Below are positions 49,109 through 63,100 of a stretch of DNA of 64,000 nt, piece after piece; position 1 is the stretch's first letter; each line of letters starts with the position of its first letter. The translations under genes and the position numbers were made by a program. The notes beneath the pieces are model-generated. The model was given only the letters and a program-made list of their open reading frames with translations, searched no databases and was not told where the DNA came from. Source of the DNA: Blasia pusilla (Eukaryota); the NCBI GenBank assembly GCA_050084515.1, contig CM114271.1:1488001-1552000 (forward strand). Reading direction: 5' to 3'.

Positions 49109-50831
49109 TCATGATGTCGACGTACCTGCCTGAGCTATAGGCACCGTTGGTCGTCGAGGCACCATCGATGGTGTGTGTAGTGCCTCTAACAATGTGAATG
49201 ACTGTGGAACCCTGGCCTGCCGCCCATCGGTCCTCTTTGGTGGGTCAATCTCAACTTCACCTCTCAATGGCTCGGTGCCTCTCGTAGCACCTCGAGTCAC
49301 CACTGCAGCTGCCTCAACCTGGGCTGCACTACACATAAACCCCATACTAGCGAGATCCTCACCCGGGTCAGGGTAAGAGGTAGAAGTTGGAGTCACACTA
49401 GCTGCTCGTAGGTCCGTGCCTTCCCTAAGCTCCATCATCGTCATGGCAGCAATCCTCTGCTCCATCTGATCGATACATGAGAGAAGTGCCGACTCTCGTG
49501 CTCCTACTCCATCTCCTCTGGCTGGTGGTGGTCCTCTACCACCACGTCCAGGAAGAACTCCCCGACCTCCTCCAAGACGACCGCCTGGAGGCCCTCGGCC
49601 TACCTCTAGACATGCCTCTCGACGAAGTTCAAGACACCTATCCCTAGTGTGACCATATGTGTAGCAATAGTCACACCGGTACTGTGTTGGGGCCATCCTG
49701 TGTGGCTTCTGAGCAATCAGAGGCGCTCGTGGTCCTCTCCCATGTTCTGTGTAGTCTCTCTGCCGATGGGCCCCTCCACACGTCCAACAAGACAACATTG
49801 GTCCTTGCTAGGCAACATATGTAAATACGGGTCGTTGCCTCATAGGCTCACGGTACCCACCCTGCTCTCTGGGCACACTAGCCCGCTCCGCTGGTACTGG
49901 TGCTTGCTGTGGCACCTGTGGGGTCACTGTCACTTGTGGACCCGTCGACTCTCGAGAAAATCCAGCCGTCACTACCTACTCCTAACTCATGTTGAGCTCA
50001 TTACACTCAGACAACTCAAAGACCACCTTCAATGTGGGCTTCGCTGTGTGAGTCAGCATCGCATCTCGGACTCTCCACTGTAGTTCGCGGTCCAGAACCC
50101 CGTACCAATACTGGACTGATTGCGCCTCAGTCACTCCATACGTAGCAATGATCAGCCTCCTTATGCGCGTGAATGCCTCTCTCAGACTCTTCACCGATCA
50201 TTGCTAAAAATCCTATATACTCTTCAGCTTGTTGGTGTGTACACTCTAGTAGCTCTTCCCCAAATGTCGGAAAAAACTCCATTGTGGGGCTGAAGCTGAG
50301 TGGCCCTCTACCACCAGAGGTCTCTGCCACATCGCCTGTCTCACTGCCCTCCTCTCCATCTAGTCTCCGAGCTGATGGTGTGGGTCTCTCTCCTCTCACA
50401 ATCCCATCATATGCCTCGCGACCACTAGTGGACACATACCCTGGAGCCCAATACATCCTCCAGGCATCCATCTCTACTTAATATAGTGATCAAAACGCCA
50501 TGTAATCATCCATCGGAGGACCCTCCGAGTGTTGGAACAACCCCTTCCATGCCATGAAAGGGTTGAACCGTGTCGGGGTCCGTATCTCTTGGAAGTCGCA
50601 CCACGTGTCAAACTCCTGGATAAAATCATCTAAGTCGATGGTACCCACTGCACCCGAGAAACGACGCATGTCCCGATGGCCCACGTCGTCCATCTTCTGC
50701 CAAGTGATACTACCTCCTTCTACGATATCGTCACCAGACCCAGTGTCTAGTGATGATGATCCAACCACGGATGGATGTCGAGGTAGCTCCTCACTCGTAA
50801 CTCCTCGGTATCTCACTCCACTCCGTGTCAC
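49109..50831 (-). pseudogene. Gypsy gag with two zinc-knuckle motifs
   Basis: RRFSG...LDDFIQEFDTWC capsid-like segment; CWTCGGAHRQRDY and CDYCYTYGHTRDRC; RG-rich tract. Confidence 0.75.
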
Positions 50832-52889
50832 TCCACTACTAGTGCTTGCACTACCCCGTTCTTCCGAACCCTGGAAGAACGCCGTGATGACAAACCCTGT
50901 CTCACCCGCTCAAGCACTCAAACTCACCGAGAGTCACCCACACTCCTCACTAGCTTACTTAAGCTAACGTCAATCCTGTGATGACACACTCGGCCTCACG
51001 CACACTCAACACTCGGGCTCACCATGAGCCTCCCAGCTAACTCACCTAACCTAGCGACACTCTCGTGTCATACATGCGATCCCTACACGGCAACCGCCGT
51101 ATAGCCACCAACATGCTACACATGAAAAGAGTCTACACTTGTCATCATCACTATACCCACCTAGCACCAGCTACTACCCGATACCCGACACTCTCAATCA
51201 CACACGACAAGTACGGGAAAAGGGACTCGAATGGGTAACCTGATTACGCCCTCCAACCTACGGCACCGTCAACACTCACTCCTCCATGTGACACGATAAT
51301 GTCAGCAACACAACACTCTTCTCGACCAACAGGTCGATCCTCCCGTCAACAGATATGGACAACCCGTTGGCATCATGCGTACTAACACTCCATCGTCAAC
51401 TCTCCCAAATCCCTATCACGCTCGCAAACATCATGTCACGCAAACCTCTTCGCCTATCCCCACACGCGGCCTGTAACCTGACTCAACGCCCTCTGGACTC
51501 AACCATGTCAGCCCATCTACCACACTGTCCGTAGTGCTACCACTGCGCGGGGGGCATCGTAGCCCGTCCGCGCGCTTAGTAACCTCCGGCCGCCTCCGCG
51601 ACCTAAACCTCATATGTACCATATGAGGTACAACCATATGAGAAATATGGCTTAGGAAAGCCATCTTCCTATCTTATTTAGGGTTGGGAAGAACCAAAAG
51701 GCTCTTCCCATAAAAATAGCCCTACCCTTGGTAACCTGCGTGCACAGGTTACCAAAGCCGGATGACCTGGTCAACAAGTCACTCGGTTGTGAAAGACCTC
51801 AACATGAAAGTTGTAGAAACAACGTTCTTGACACAATGGACCTATCCTCAACCTCATCGGACACAATGGGACAAAGCTACACTCAAGATAGTCCGTTGGC
51901 TCCTACGCCCTATCCACGATAGATCTCGGCCTATCGGCTACCCAGATGTGACATCTTTCTCCTAGGAAATATTCACGTCACTATATTTTGTTTTCTCCCA
52001 CTCCCACTCCCACCAATGCAACAAATCAATAAATAACTACATCTTCCCAAAGGTTTTTTTTTTAAGAAAAAGAACAATTGAGAGATTAGCCCTACGTAGT
52101 ATCAAGTTTCATTTCTTTAAGACTCAACGACCGTCTAGCCAACTACATCTCAAGTAGCTTTGAATTTTCCAATGTGGGAAGGATCCAGCTGAAAACACTT
52201 ATGGTGAGATCTTGGGAAATTTGCATAGTACATATAGAACCTACTTTCAAAATTTGCAATAGCAACGCGATTAACATACTCATACAAGGCACGAGTGTTC
52301 ATATCCAATGCGTGTGTATGATGGGATACCACTCATACTATGTTCCACAACATCTCATAAGTTGAGAGTCATAAATAACAACTATAAAACCTTGTAATGT
52401 TGATAATCCCAATATATAAAGTAAAAAGAAAAATTATTTATAGTCTAGGGATAGAGAATGTCAAGGCCCTGATGTCGCCATATGCAAGAGGCTCTAATAT
52501 CCACAAACTTTTCAAATGTTGATGGGAAGTTTATCCCTTGCATGCTTTAGACAAGATCCCATCTCACTATTTGATATTTTTAAAACATATAATCCTTTTT
52601 AATACTTATGTTTTGGTATAAGCTAATGTTTACAATCCCCAAAAAAATCCATACTATGAAGGGAGTGCAAATTTTTTTATGCACGAATGATTTTTTGACC
52701 CACACACATGGTAGTGGGGATGGCAAAAAGATGTTTCAATAACATGTGCAAAAATACAACAACAAAAATTTGGGCAACGCAATTATTTGCCATATATAAA
52801 GCAAGGGATGTACACGAGTGTTTTTTAACTCCCCTTTTCCATTTCTTCACTCATAAGACTTGTCATCCCCATCTTTCCATTTTGAAAAA

Positions 52890-53800
52890 GATTAGAATCC
52901 AATCCTCCATTTTGAATCTTCTTTTATTTAGTACTAGGAGGTGTTTGTGCCACACATGGGTTATGTAAGAGTCCTCTCTTCTATCTGGTTTATGTTGTAA
53001 GGAGGGAGTAGTAAATCTATATAATGTTGCTCTCTTGATATAAGATTGGAAACAATATTGGTTAGATGGAATTAAGTTATTAAAGGGGACATGTGTCACA
53101 ACATGAGTCCATTCCAAAGGACAAGTGTCAAATAGGGAGATTTTCTGGTTGAGACCCCAATCGCTAATAATAATGTAGAATATTTTTTGCATCCTATTTG
53201 GCATAGTGATTTTAGATTGATGAGGTAAGGCATCATTTTCCAAACAAATTAGCAAAGTATTCACTTCACCGATCAGTCTAATTCGATTCTATTAGGTATG
53301 GAGTTGCAACTCCCCTCTCAATAAACATAACCCAAGACCCTCTCTAAACATATAAGCAAGCCCACCATGTAGATAGTATCAACAAGAGAAAATTTTATGA
53401 CTTCTATTATTACACCATGTGTAGAGCATGGGGTGAACACTGTTATTCTTAAAATTCTTTTTTCCAATTCTTTACTTAGAAGACTTGTCATCTTGGCTTG
53501 CATTTTTTTTGGAAAATTTTAGAATCCAATCCTCCATTTTCAAACTCCTTTTATAGAGTACTAATTTTCCCATCTTATAGTGCGTAATGAGTTTAGATTG
53601 ACGAGGTAAGGAACCACTAGCCAATCAAATTAACAAAGTATTCATTTCCATGATCATTCTAATTGGATTATATTGAGTATGCAGATATAACTCCCCTTTC
53701 ACTAAACATAAATCTAGACCCTCCCTTAGCCCACCATCTAGACATTATCAACAAGAGATGGTTTTAAGAAATTTAGACTTCATAAAATCTTCTCTATTAT
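52890..53800. repeat. Local degenerate duplication
   Basis: TTAGAATCCAATCCTCCATTTT at ~52892 and ~53520; TTTAGATTGA.GAGGTAAGG...AACTCCCCT...TAAACATAA...AGACCCTC at ~53211-53400 and ~53592-53790. Confidence 0.7.
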
Positions 53801-54899
53801 CGCATCTTTGTCTTTGCTTCCACTATTATAATTTGGCCTTCTTCTCAATCATGGAAGTAACTCTACTTAGATATGAAGCTCACATAGGTTTCTTAAACCT
53901 TCTTATCCAAGGATTAAGGAGACTATAACTATTCCATAAGTTTCATGGGGGGGGGGGGATTATATTCACTAGCAAAAGATTGTATCAACAACTTTGGATG
54001 TAACAATAGGTGTATTATTTTAAGAATGAGTGAAAATTTTCCATCTATACACCAATTATAAACTAGAGTTCTTCAAGGATAAGGGATATGTCCCATATGT
54101 ACATGGGATAGATAGCAAAACATTTGGACTTGCTCAAGTGACATGTATTAACAACATGTATGCATCAATGCTCGATCTTCTTGCTCTTTGCATCATGTAG
54201 ATGTATGTTACAAGTAGATAGAGATAGATGATTATCTTGAGTTAGAAGAACCTAACCACAAACTACGAGGGCGATAGGAGATATTTTGTTAGTTACTAAT
54301 CTCCATATTTAGATTCCATGGTTGAATGTGTTGGGCGGTACTTTTTGTTTGATTATTGACATCGATGTATGTTGTATAGCGATATATGTATGCATACAAA
54401 AAAAATCATATCTTTTATACCATAATTAAGAGAACCCAGACAAAACTTTGGGGCACATGAGAGTTTAAGACTATTATGTCAAGGATGATTTGTTAATATG
54501 CTCTCAAGCGGGGTGTAGGCACCCACTATCTTCGACCTCTATACTTCAAGGGAAACTTGCAAATACAACTTAATTTGATGAACTTACTATATCATGTAAG
54601 AAAAAGTTGACTTCTTATTTTGGGAAATGACTCTTGATTCACTGTTATAGGTTTAGGATCAAGGAGTTGACATGTGTGTAGAGATTTTGGGGAGAGAGAG
54701 AGGATATATCTCAAGAAAAGAGAGTTTAGGAGCTCATTCTATTTTTCTTTAACCTCATTTCCATGAGGCTGCAGACCTATGGTGCTTCTTGCCTTGTAAG
54801 TAATCCCATACTCTCACCAATGATGTATGCTATGTAGGGATCCGTAAGTGTAGGAAAATCTTCATGTGTTGCTTCCTTTTCGCTTCTCCAACTCTGGCT

Positions 54900-55735
54900 T
54901 AACGTGTGCCGACAAAGGAATCACCTCTCTAACTCCTTGTGACGTCAAGTTACTCATTCTCCATGTGCACTATTGGTCGTTTAGGCACCGTCGATGGTGT
55001 GTGAAATACCTTTGACAATGTAAATAATATGGAACCCTAGCATGTCGCCCATCAATCCCCTTCAGTAGGTCAATCTCAACCCCACCCCATTTGTGGCTCG
55101 ATCAATCTCGTAGCATCCTAAGTCACCATCGCAACAACCTCTACTTGAGCCGCACTACATATAAAACCTATGCAATGGAAATCCTCTTTTGAATCCTTAT
55201 AAGATGTGGAGGAGCCACTTGAAGTAGATGCTCTTGGGTTCGGCTCTATCCTTGATTGTGTCATCTTTCGAATCGAAAATGATAAACAAGCACACACACA
55301 TGTGTCCCCAAGGGATGCTCATCGAAGCAACTTGCTTGCCTACCTGCATTCAATAAATGCCCCTACCCCTTGAGATCTTTCTCATACAAAATTGAAGTAA
55401 AAATGGCTCACACAGTTAACTCCACTCTCGTATCTATATTGAGCCATATCCTCTGCTTGAGGGAATAGTAGAGGATACTAGCACCCTAGTTCCTACCACA
55501 CACAAGCAAGAGAGAGCCTCCAAAGGCTCAACATGAGAAAAATGGCTTGAGAAATCCATCTTTCCCTATCTTGTAGCCCTAGAAAAAGCCTTCCCCAAAA
55601 AATAGCCATCTTCAATAGTAACTTGTATGCACAAGTTATCGAATGATCTTTGACTTGGTCAACAAGTCATATAGCTTAAAAAGAGCAAAAGAGGGGGATT
55701 GTCAAAACGGATGATGTCGACACAATGGACTTGTC
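54900..55735 (-). mobile_element. Second, more decayed fragment of the DNMT-Gypsy family
   Basis: 54982-55175 aligns with ~49155-49350 (GGCACC.TCGATGGTGTGTG...GGTCAATCTCAAC...GCACTACA.ATAAA). 55533-55735 aligns with 51638-51848 (ATGGCTT...CCATCTT...TGGTCAACAAGTCA...GACACAATGGAC). Confidence 0.75.
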
Positions 55736-58700
55736 CATGGTTGAAAAAAATGGACAACTCCGTCTCTATAACAGAAAAATTTGGACATGTCCGCGCATAT
55801 GGATTACAAAAGATGGGGCCCACACTTATAGTTCATGGTGGAAGCGAGGGCAAGGATGGGCGTGGCAACAAGGAGGGAGAGAATGGAGATGGGAGGAGGA
55901 AGAAACAAGAAAGTGCGGATCATGAAGGTAAGTGGGAAGATGAGAAAAAAGGGGGAAATGGGACCAACATAGACAAGTCCTTCTATAGGATGGACGTATA
56001 TTCATAGACATGGGTGTATCCCCGAACATGGACTTTTTCCGTATGCAACCTTGGACTCGTACGTCCCAATACTAGATATTGATGTTCAAAGGGAATAGAC
56101 ATACGAGAGTAAAAAAGGAGGAATATTTTTAGAAGGTGTTTAAGGGAAGGAGGAAGGGTGAGCTTTTTCTTATTTTTCTTCTGAAGGAAGAGATGGGATT
56201 TTGGGAATATAGAACTTTTTCTCCTAAGAGGGATTTTTCTTTTCAAAATAAGAGGTAAGACACTTATTTTTATTGAAATTAAGAAAGTAGAGTGGAAGAT
56301 TTTATAATTAAAAAAATACATGAGTAAAATTTTAAAATAAGGAGGCGATTTAAAAAGAAGGAGTTGGAGTGGGACAACATCTTTAAGGGTATCTTCAAAA
56401 TAAGCTTAAATTTGAAACAAAATATTTATGTAGGAATTACATACTAGTTAGTGGCTGGTAACATGTTATTTTTATTTAAAAAGAAGTTTTATAGTGGTAT
56501 CTATACTACTATTGGGGAATTACCTCCCAATGGTGATACCTCTATGTTTGTCAAACTATCATATGGTATCAAACATGTCCTCTCCTAAGACATGCCAAGT
56601 GCAAATTTTAAAATGTGGGTTAATTGTGTATGATGGGTTTAGTTTTGTATCCTCTGCATACGATCTATCATATGATGCATAGATTGCTTACTAGTTTGAG
56701 GAAGGCGAGTTTAGTATGGAAGGAAATTCTCTTGCAAAACAAATACGAGTTTTTTCAAAGAAGAATTGTGAGTTGTGCTTTTATTTATTGTAGAAAGACT
56801 ATAAAAGGGGTCGTAAAATTATATTTGGTTATATATGAATGGAACATATCATAGTTTCATTTTAATTGCAATTGAAAACATCCATTTTATTTAATCTATT
56901 TTAAGTGATTAATTCTAAAATAAGTATTCTTGCTTCGAAATGAAACATCTTTTGCATTTGATAAAGTTGAAATATTTGAATATTTGTTTGAAAAGAAAAT
57001 CACCTTTACTAGTATTGGCGAATGACTTATTGATTTTCAAATACTGATCTTCTTGATACATGACAATAGGACACTATAAATTTTTTTCATAAAACGGATG
57101 ATAATATATCTTTTTTTTGAAGTTTTGGATAGGATGTTTGGTAGTCCGATGTTGTGCATGGATTGTTCTCTAGTATTTCTTTAAATGAAGAGATATTTAG
57201 CCTGGTAATTTCTAAACACTATATGATATGATGGGATCTCAAGCATATTTCACATGGATTCTTACTAGTATCTAAAACTACTACTTTGGTGCACGTACAA
57301 TGTACTATGTCCAAAATATATCACCATAATTTATTTAGTAGTAATTTTAATTGTATGTCAGTGTATGTAGTTTGTTGAGGGAAGCATCACTTTCCAAAAT
57401 AATCCTAATTTAAATTGAGTGCCGATCCTAAATCTAGATAAGACAACATATTATTCACCTTAGGAAAAGACACTTGTCAAAGATATAGTTCGACGTTGAA
57501 TAATATTTGGCCTTTTGACTTATTATTATCATAGCAAAGGCCGACCAACTATATATGGCAAAGGAATTCTCTCAAATTAAATTGTTAACCATAATCCAAT
57601 GCATTAGGGGCATAGGAGGAATGAAATTATGATGCATGACATGAGTATATAATTAATGTTCCAACATGCATATTGGAAGAGTCATTAGGTAGTAACTTTC
57701 GTTTTTGCAAGATTCCCTACTAGGTTGGCTAATGGAGCAAAAATTATGAAATGAGAAAACTCTTTTAATAATTGATGGCTTGTTCCATATAATAATCTTC
57801 TATGTACACTATTTCATTGCCATGTAATTTTGGAGATCATAAATTGAGTATTTTCAATTAAATACCTCTACAAATATGTTTTCAAGGCATTGGACGAGAT
57901 ATCTTTTAGAATATCAAATACCACAAATCTTGAAGGAAATACATTGGCTATCAATGAGACCATCCATTACTTTGACACAAGTTGCTAACATTATTGTTCC
58001 CTATTAGCTCTTGTTTTAGCTTTGTCTCCATTTTTTCATACAAGTTTCTCTCTCGACGTACTAATTCAGTTATTTTTGCTAGATTGGTTATTCACCTTCC
58101 CAATGCACAAACGGTTATGATGACCACGAGTTTACAAGTGTAGAAAAGCACTATTTTGCATGTGACTACTTTGCAAGTGGAGAAGACCAAAATTAGGACT
58201 CAAAATTTTTGAGAGTTTTTGCAAGAATTTCACAAGTAAGTTATGAGTGAAATAAGAGTAAAAAAAGTGACTCCATAAGCTCACCAAATCTTGCAATCTA
58301 GTTGTAAAGTTGAAAAGAATTACAAGTATTTTTTGAGTACCTTGTAACTCTTTTATAATGAACTATTTTTCAAGTGAAATTTGAGTGTAAGAAAATAGCC
58401 CTTTTGCAATTGACTCGTGTTTGACTTGCAAAGTGCGAATCGTTCTCGTCTTTGCGATTTTCCTACTCGTAATATTGCAATCACTTTACGAGGTAGCTAT
58501 AAGCTACTTGTGGCTTCGAGAATTCATAATATTGTCGTAAATATAGTAATGTAATTGTGAAGATTAATTGTAAGAAGAAATAAGGATCTGCCTTAAAAAA
58601 AAGGAGTTATATTTTCCCATCCTCACAACACCTTAAGAAATGGTAGTTATAAAGGGTATGTTCTATTCTTGGACTCTTAACATCCACTTCTCATTATGCA

Positions 58701-59423
58701 CCATTAATTTGATTTGTCCCCTTGTATGAGGAGAAGCTTAGATTGATGGTTTCGTATTAGACGTTGAAGGAGCCATAGTAATATGAGGTAGGTGGTTTCT
58801 AAAGTAGCGTTAGTCGGATGATTTAACCCTAGTTTCGTAGGGTTCTCGGAAAAATTGTTCTTGTTAATAGAAATGAAGACAAGAGGTTAAAAATCTCAGT
58901 TTATCGAATGATCAAATAGTCGGGGAGTCATATGCATAGTGGTAGCATATTCTCGTATGTCAAGTTATTTTCACGTTTTGGTTGCATCAAAGCTCTATCG
59001 TAAATGCACAGAAGGACTAGACCATTTTGTATCTTCAATATTTGTAATATATTTGTATGATTTAGTGAGATTATGTTCTATATACGCTTTTACCCTTTAT
59101 GATGTAGTGTCAATGACTAATTTTAGTATAGTGCTTATTTAAGACATACTATGCTCTCCAAGAGAATTTAATCAATGCTCAACTATTCCAATTCAACAAA
59201 AAAAGAGGATTCTCTCTCATGGGTCTGTTAAGTACAAAGGACTTCACCTACAAAATTTGTACTTTCTATTTTATGCTTCTTTTTATAGCCATTAAAACCC
59301 TTTCAAAACAATATCTCAAATGAGCACAAAGACTCTATCAAGCTAATAAGTCGAGTAATCAACAAGGAAAATGAGATACACTAATGACCTCATGATTTAT
59401 ATGATGTTATACTTCTATCAAAA

Positions 59424-59600
59424 TATCGTGCGTATACACATCGTTACACAACATACATCGTTGTTACCGAACATACATACATACAAACATGCACGATCCC
59501 ATGCCAACTCATGGCATCCAAACATCGAGACGAGAGGTTCCAAAATATCTGTAATAAATCAAGCAGATCTCTCCATCAACAAGGTCTCATAAATGTGCAT

Positions 59601-59639
<39 letters not shown>

Positions 59640-60087
59640 CAAATCAAACCCACTCTCCTAATGAGAGGCTTGGGTTTCACACACAAGGCAATGAGGACCA
59701 TAGCTCTACTGCCACATGCCAAGAGGTTCATCAAAGAGGGAATGAGCTTTCAAGCTCTCTCTCTCTCTTGGAGGTATACCCCCCTTCCCTCTCCCAAGCT
59801 CTCTCCACAATAACCTATGCTCGCACATCACCTCCTTGGCTTTTGATCTGCTATAGCGGGCTAAGGGTCACTTGCCAAAGTGGAAAATCAACTATATTCA
59901 AAGTGGAAACTAACTTGAAATAGCAAGTTTCTATATACGGCTCCAAATGAGCTGAAAAAAAATGGAAAATTGCTCTCTCAGGTTATATGTGGCTTCAACA
60001 GGTCATCTAGAACTTGTTGAGGTTTTCCTTCAATATCCCCGAAGTCGCTATACTAGATCTCGTGGATCTATCCTAACAAACGTGACA
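59424..60087. mobile_element. Solo-LTR-like repeat (family A), containing a (CT)n run
   Basis: TATCGTGCG...ACGTGACA, with both ends homologous to 2730-3005; flanked by AAAA on both sides. Confidence 0.6.
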
Positions 60088-61549
60088 AAAACTCAATCTA
60101 TCCTTGCAGATTATCCTTTGTCCAACAACATATTAAGATCACGCATGAAATGTAACACTCCTCTCAAGCCAACTACTCACAATTAGTATACTCATGAATA
60201 TTTGATCCATATTGTAACCTCCAAATACATATGCTAACAAAATAAAATTTATTGCTTCATTAAGAGATTGAGAAGTCCTTGAATGTACACATAACTCATG
60301 CTAGCTATGGTCAAGTAATTCCAATTGTATCTCTCACCAAGCGCCACTCGGATAAGATGCTTATTCTCCTCTCTTTCTTGCATTATACTACTCTTCCTAA
60401 TCTCTCAAGTATGCTTTTGCCAAGGTCTTATTCGTCCTATTCTACCTAAGCAGATCCTTCAATCTTACAACTATCTAAATTGTTGGTCTTGAGCATACTC
60501 ACCTCTATGATCCCTACCCATCTGGAACTTGGTGCAAGATTCTAACTACATATGTCTCCTTCTATAACTATACATAACTCTTGTCTCTGTGGAAAGTCCT
60601 CTTGCATAATCATTGTCAAAGGTCCTTGCTTTTCATAAACTATGAAATCCTTGTTGGTTGTCCTCACAAAGATTGCACCAAGTCCCCTTCTTTGTTGCGT
60701 GTCCTCGCCCTTCATAAGGCATGTTCAAAGTCTTTGTACTCGTAGTCCTTACTCCTCACAATGTCTTTGCAAAGACCCAAAACTATCTTTGTTTTAACTT
60801 GTTTTCATGAGGTCCTCAGCTTTGAATACCAATGTTGTAGAGGTCGTAAGTGCCCTTCGTAATAGTCTTCGCCAAAATTTCCTCTTCTATTCTTCAAGAG
60901 GACTATAATCACAAGTCCTCTTCTATCATTCAAAACCCTTTCTACAACTTAGATTCCTACCATTTAGCTATACATGCTAACTAGCTTTAACTCCCACAAA
61001 TTTTTTTGGTTACAATTCTCCAAATCTAAGCATCAAACACATCCAGTAAACATACAACAAAGCAAGAGAAACAAACTTCTATCAAGAAGCTGATCCAATA
61101 TCATCCACTTATAAAGTGAATATTTTGGCGAAGATCAAGATTTTTGGAAGTGTCAATTTTGTAGAATATTCATATAATTAATGTACTTTTAAACATTTAG
61201 GGGATGATTATGAGTAGAAACACTGTATGGCACCAACATCTTCGATCAAAGTGGGAGTATGTGAGTTAATATGTGTAACAGAATCCTTATCGTGGACTTC
61301 GAGATGATTTCTACACATAGGGGAATCATCACACATTTCAAAATGAAAACTAAATACGTAGTCATATGTGATAGCTTTGAGAAAAAAAAAGTGACGAAAT
61401 CATTGAAACATGTTAAAAATGCTGGAGATACAAAATGGCCTAGTCCGTTCGTACACTCACAAAAGAGCTTCGATAGAACCTAAACATGGAGATAACTCGA
61501 CATACGAGAATGCACTATTGTTGCGGCTCTTGACTATTGGACTACTTGG

Positions 61550-63100
61550 GAAATTAAGGTTTCTACCTAATTTTCTTATTTTCTATTTATAGGAAAAAGG
61601 TACCATGCCCGTTCTTGCCATCCATTTTGTAGCTTGCATCAAGCCCACACCTTGCTTATAAAGGCCCGCACTGGCCGACCCTAAGCTTGCTGAAGGCCTA
61701 TGTGTGGCTGACACCGATATGGGTGGACAAGTCCATTTTCGTGCAACCTTGACTCATTGTTGTATACACAAGACACATTTTCCAATGGACAACAGAAAAA
61801 TATCCAATAGTTTGTTATAATAACCAAATGCTAACAACCTTGCGAGGGTGGATGATTCCTGAAAGTTTTGGGTACAAAAAAATCCATGATCCCCTAGGAT
61901 CATTGTAACCTGCGCTAGGATCGTTGCAATTTGTCTGGCACGGAATTGGCCTCTTAGAAGGCATTCCTTACTACTTCAATTTGCCAATAGTATTGACATT
62001 TTAGCGTGGCATAGAGAAATTGGATGTAGATGAGCAAGTATTAGTCATCTCTTCTCTTCTACCATACTCACTTTGAGTTTCTCCATTAGTAACTTTGTAC
62101 CTAGCAAGATAGTCATTTATTTATACATATTTCATGATATCGTAAACCTTATGACATTGGATAGAGCTATGACTACACCATCATGATACAATATATTAGA
62201 TAACCACTATATTGAAAAATAAGCATGAGTAAAATTGACATTAACAAACGGGTTTTTCAATCACACAACTTTAATTCCCTCCATTGGGTGCTATATATCC
62301 AACTTCATACTTTTTAAGTGTCAATAATACATTAAGTGGGACTCTTAGAGCAACTAAGACATATGTGCTTCATCCTCCTCAAAGCATAGGTCTCTATTGG
62401 AGTATAGCTTCTACTTGGATTTTAGGGTAGTATTATTAATCATGGAAGGCCACCCAAATATCTAAATATAGCCAATATCATGAATGTTTGTGATTGCCCA
62501 TCAAACTAAACATTCAACCCTCCATTGTAGATATTTGGGTGAGATAAAATTCAATATATATCTCCAAACTATTTAAAGGCTAGTGCAATTTACAAACATT
62601 GCTATTGGCCTCATTAACTCTAAGATTCTTTCTGCATATGTACTCTAAGAGGAGTTACTTTTTTTAGTACTTCTACTCGTAAAGAAGTGAAGCATACCTT
62701 CCTTCTTATAAAAGCAAGGTTTGTTTGACAATAGTAAGTTCATATTTTTTAAGATTGGAGTGAATTTTATACATGTATGAACTTTTCTTTCTATAAGATA
62801 TGACCTCCTCTAGCATCAATACAAATTTCTACTAATATTGGAGCTTCAATAATGGCCGACATGTCATGGTTAGAGGATACACAAAGTAGAGTTTAGAGAC
62901 GTTTGAACCACTTGGAGATGCAACGGAGCTACCAAAACAATATTTGCATGGATCTAAGATCTTATTTAATGATGTTGTAAAGTAGAGAACATGAAAGGTA
63001 CATACTTACGGAATGCATTTCATAGGCGCTCTCATTATTTCCATTTGGAGAAGGATAGTAGCTTCATTGCACATATTGTATTCTTAATGGAATAGTAAGA
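61550..63100 (-). mobile_element. Highly degraded retrotransposon pol remnant
   Basis: Only faint RT- and integrase-like residues across broken frames. Confidence 0.3.

Larger units (their letters stand above)
43461..51953 (-). mobile_element. Ty3/Gypsy LTR retrotransposon carrying a C5-DNA methyltransferase and a PHD finger
   Basis: Order on the minus strand: gag (~50831-49100, two zinc knuckles), protease (LLDSRA, ~48690), DNMT (~47990-47035), RT (~46680-45800), RNase H, integrase, PHD. A polypurine tract AGAGGGGCAG precedes a TG at ~43596. The candidate terminal blocks 43461-43596 and 51434-51953 (TGTCAC...GTGACA) do not match each other. Confidence 0.88.

Noticed and set aside
54477-54672. 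Small TGTCAA...TTGACA-bounded element
   Set aside because: Only a 6-bp terminal match, with no TSD and no second copy.
56000-59400. Coding potential in the AT-rich stretch
   Set aside because: Only short, low-complexity ORFs; nothing recognisable.
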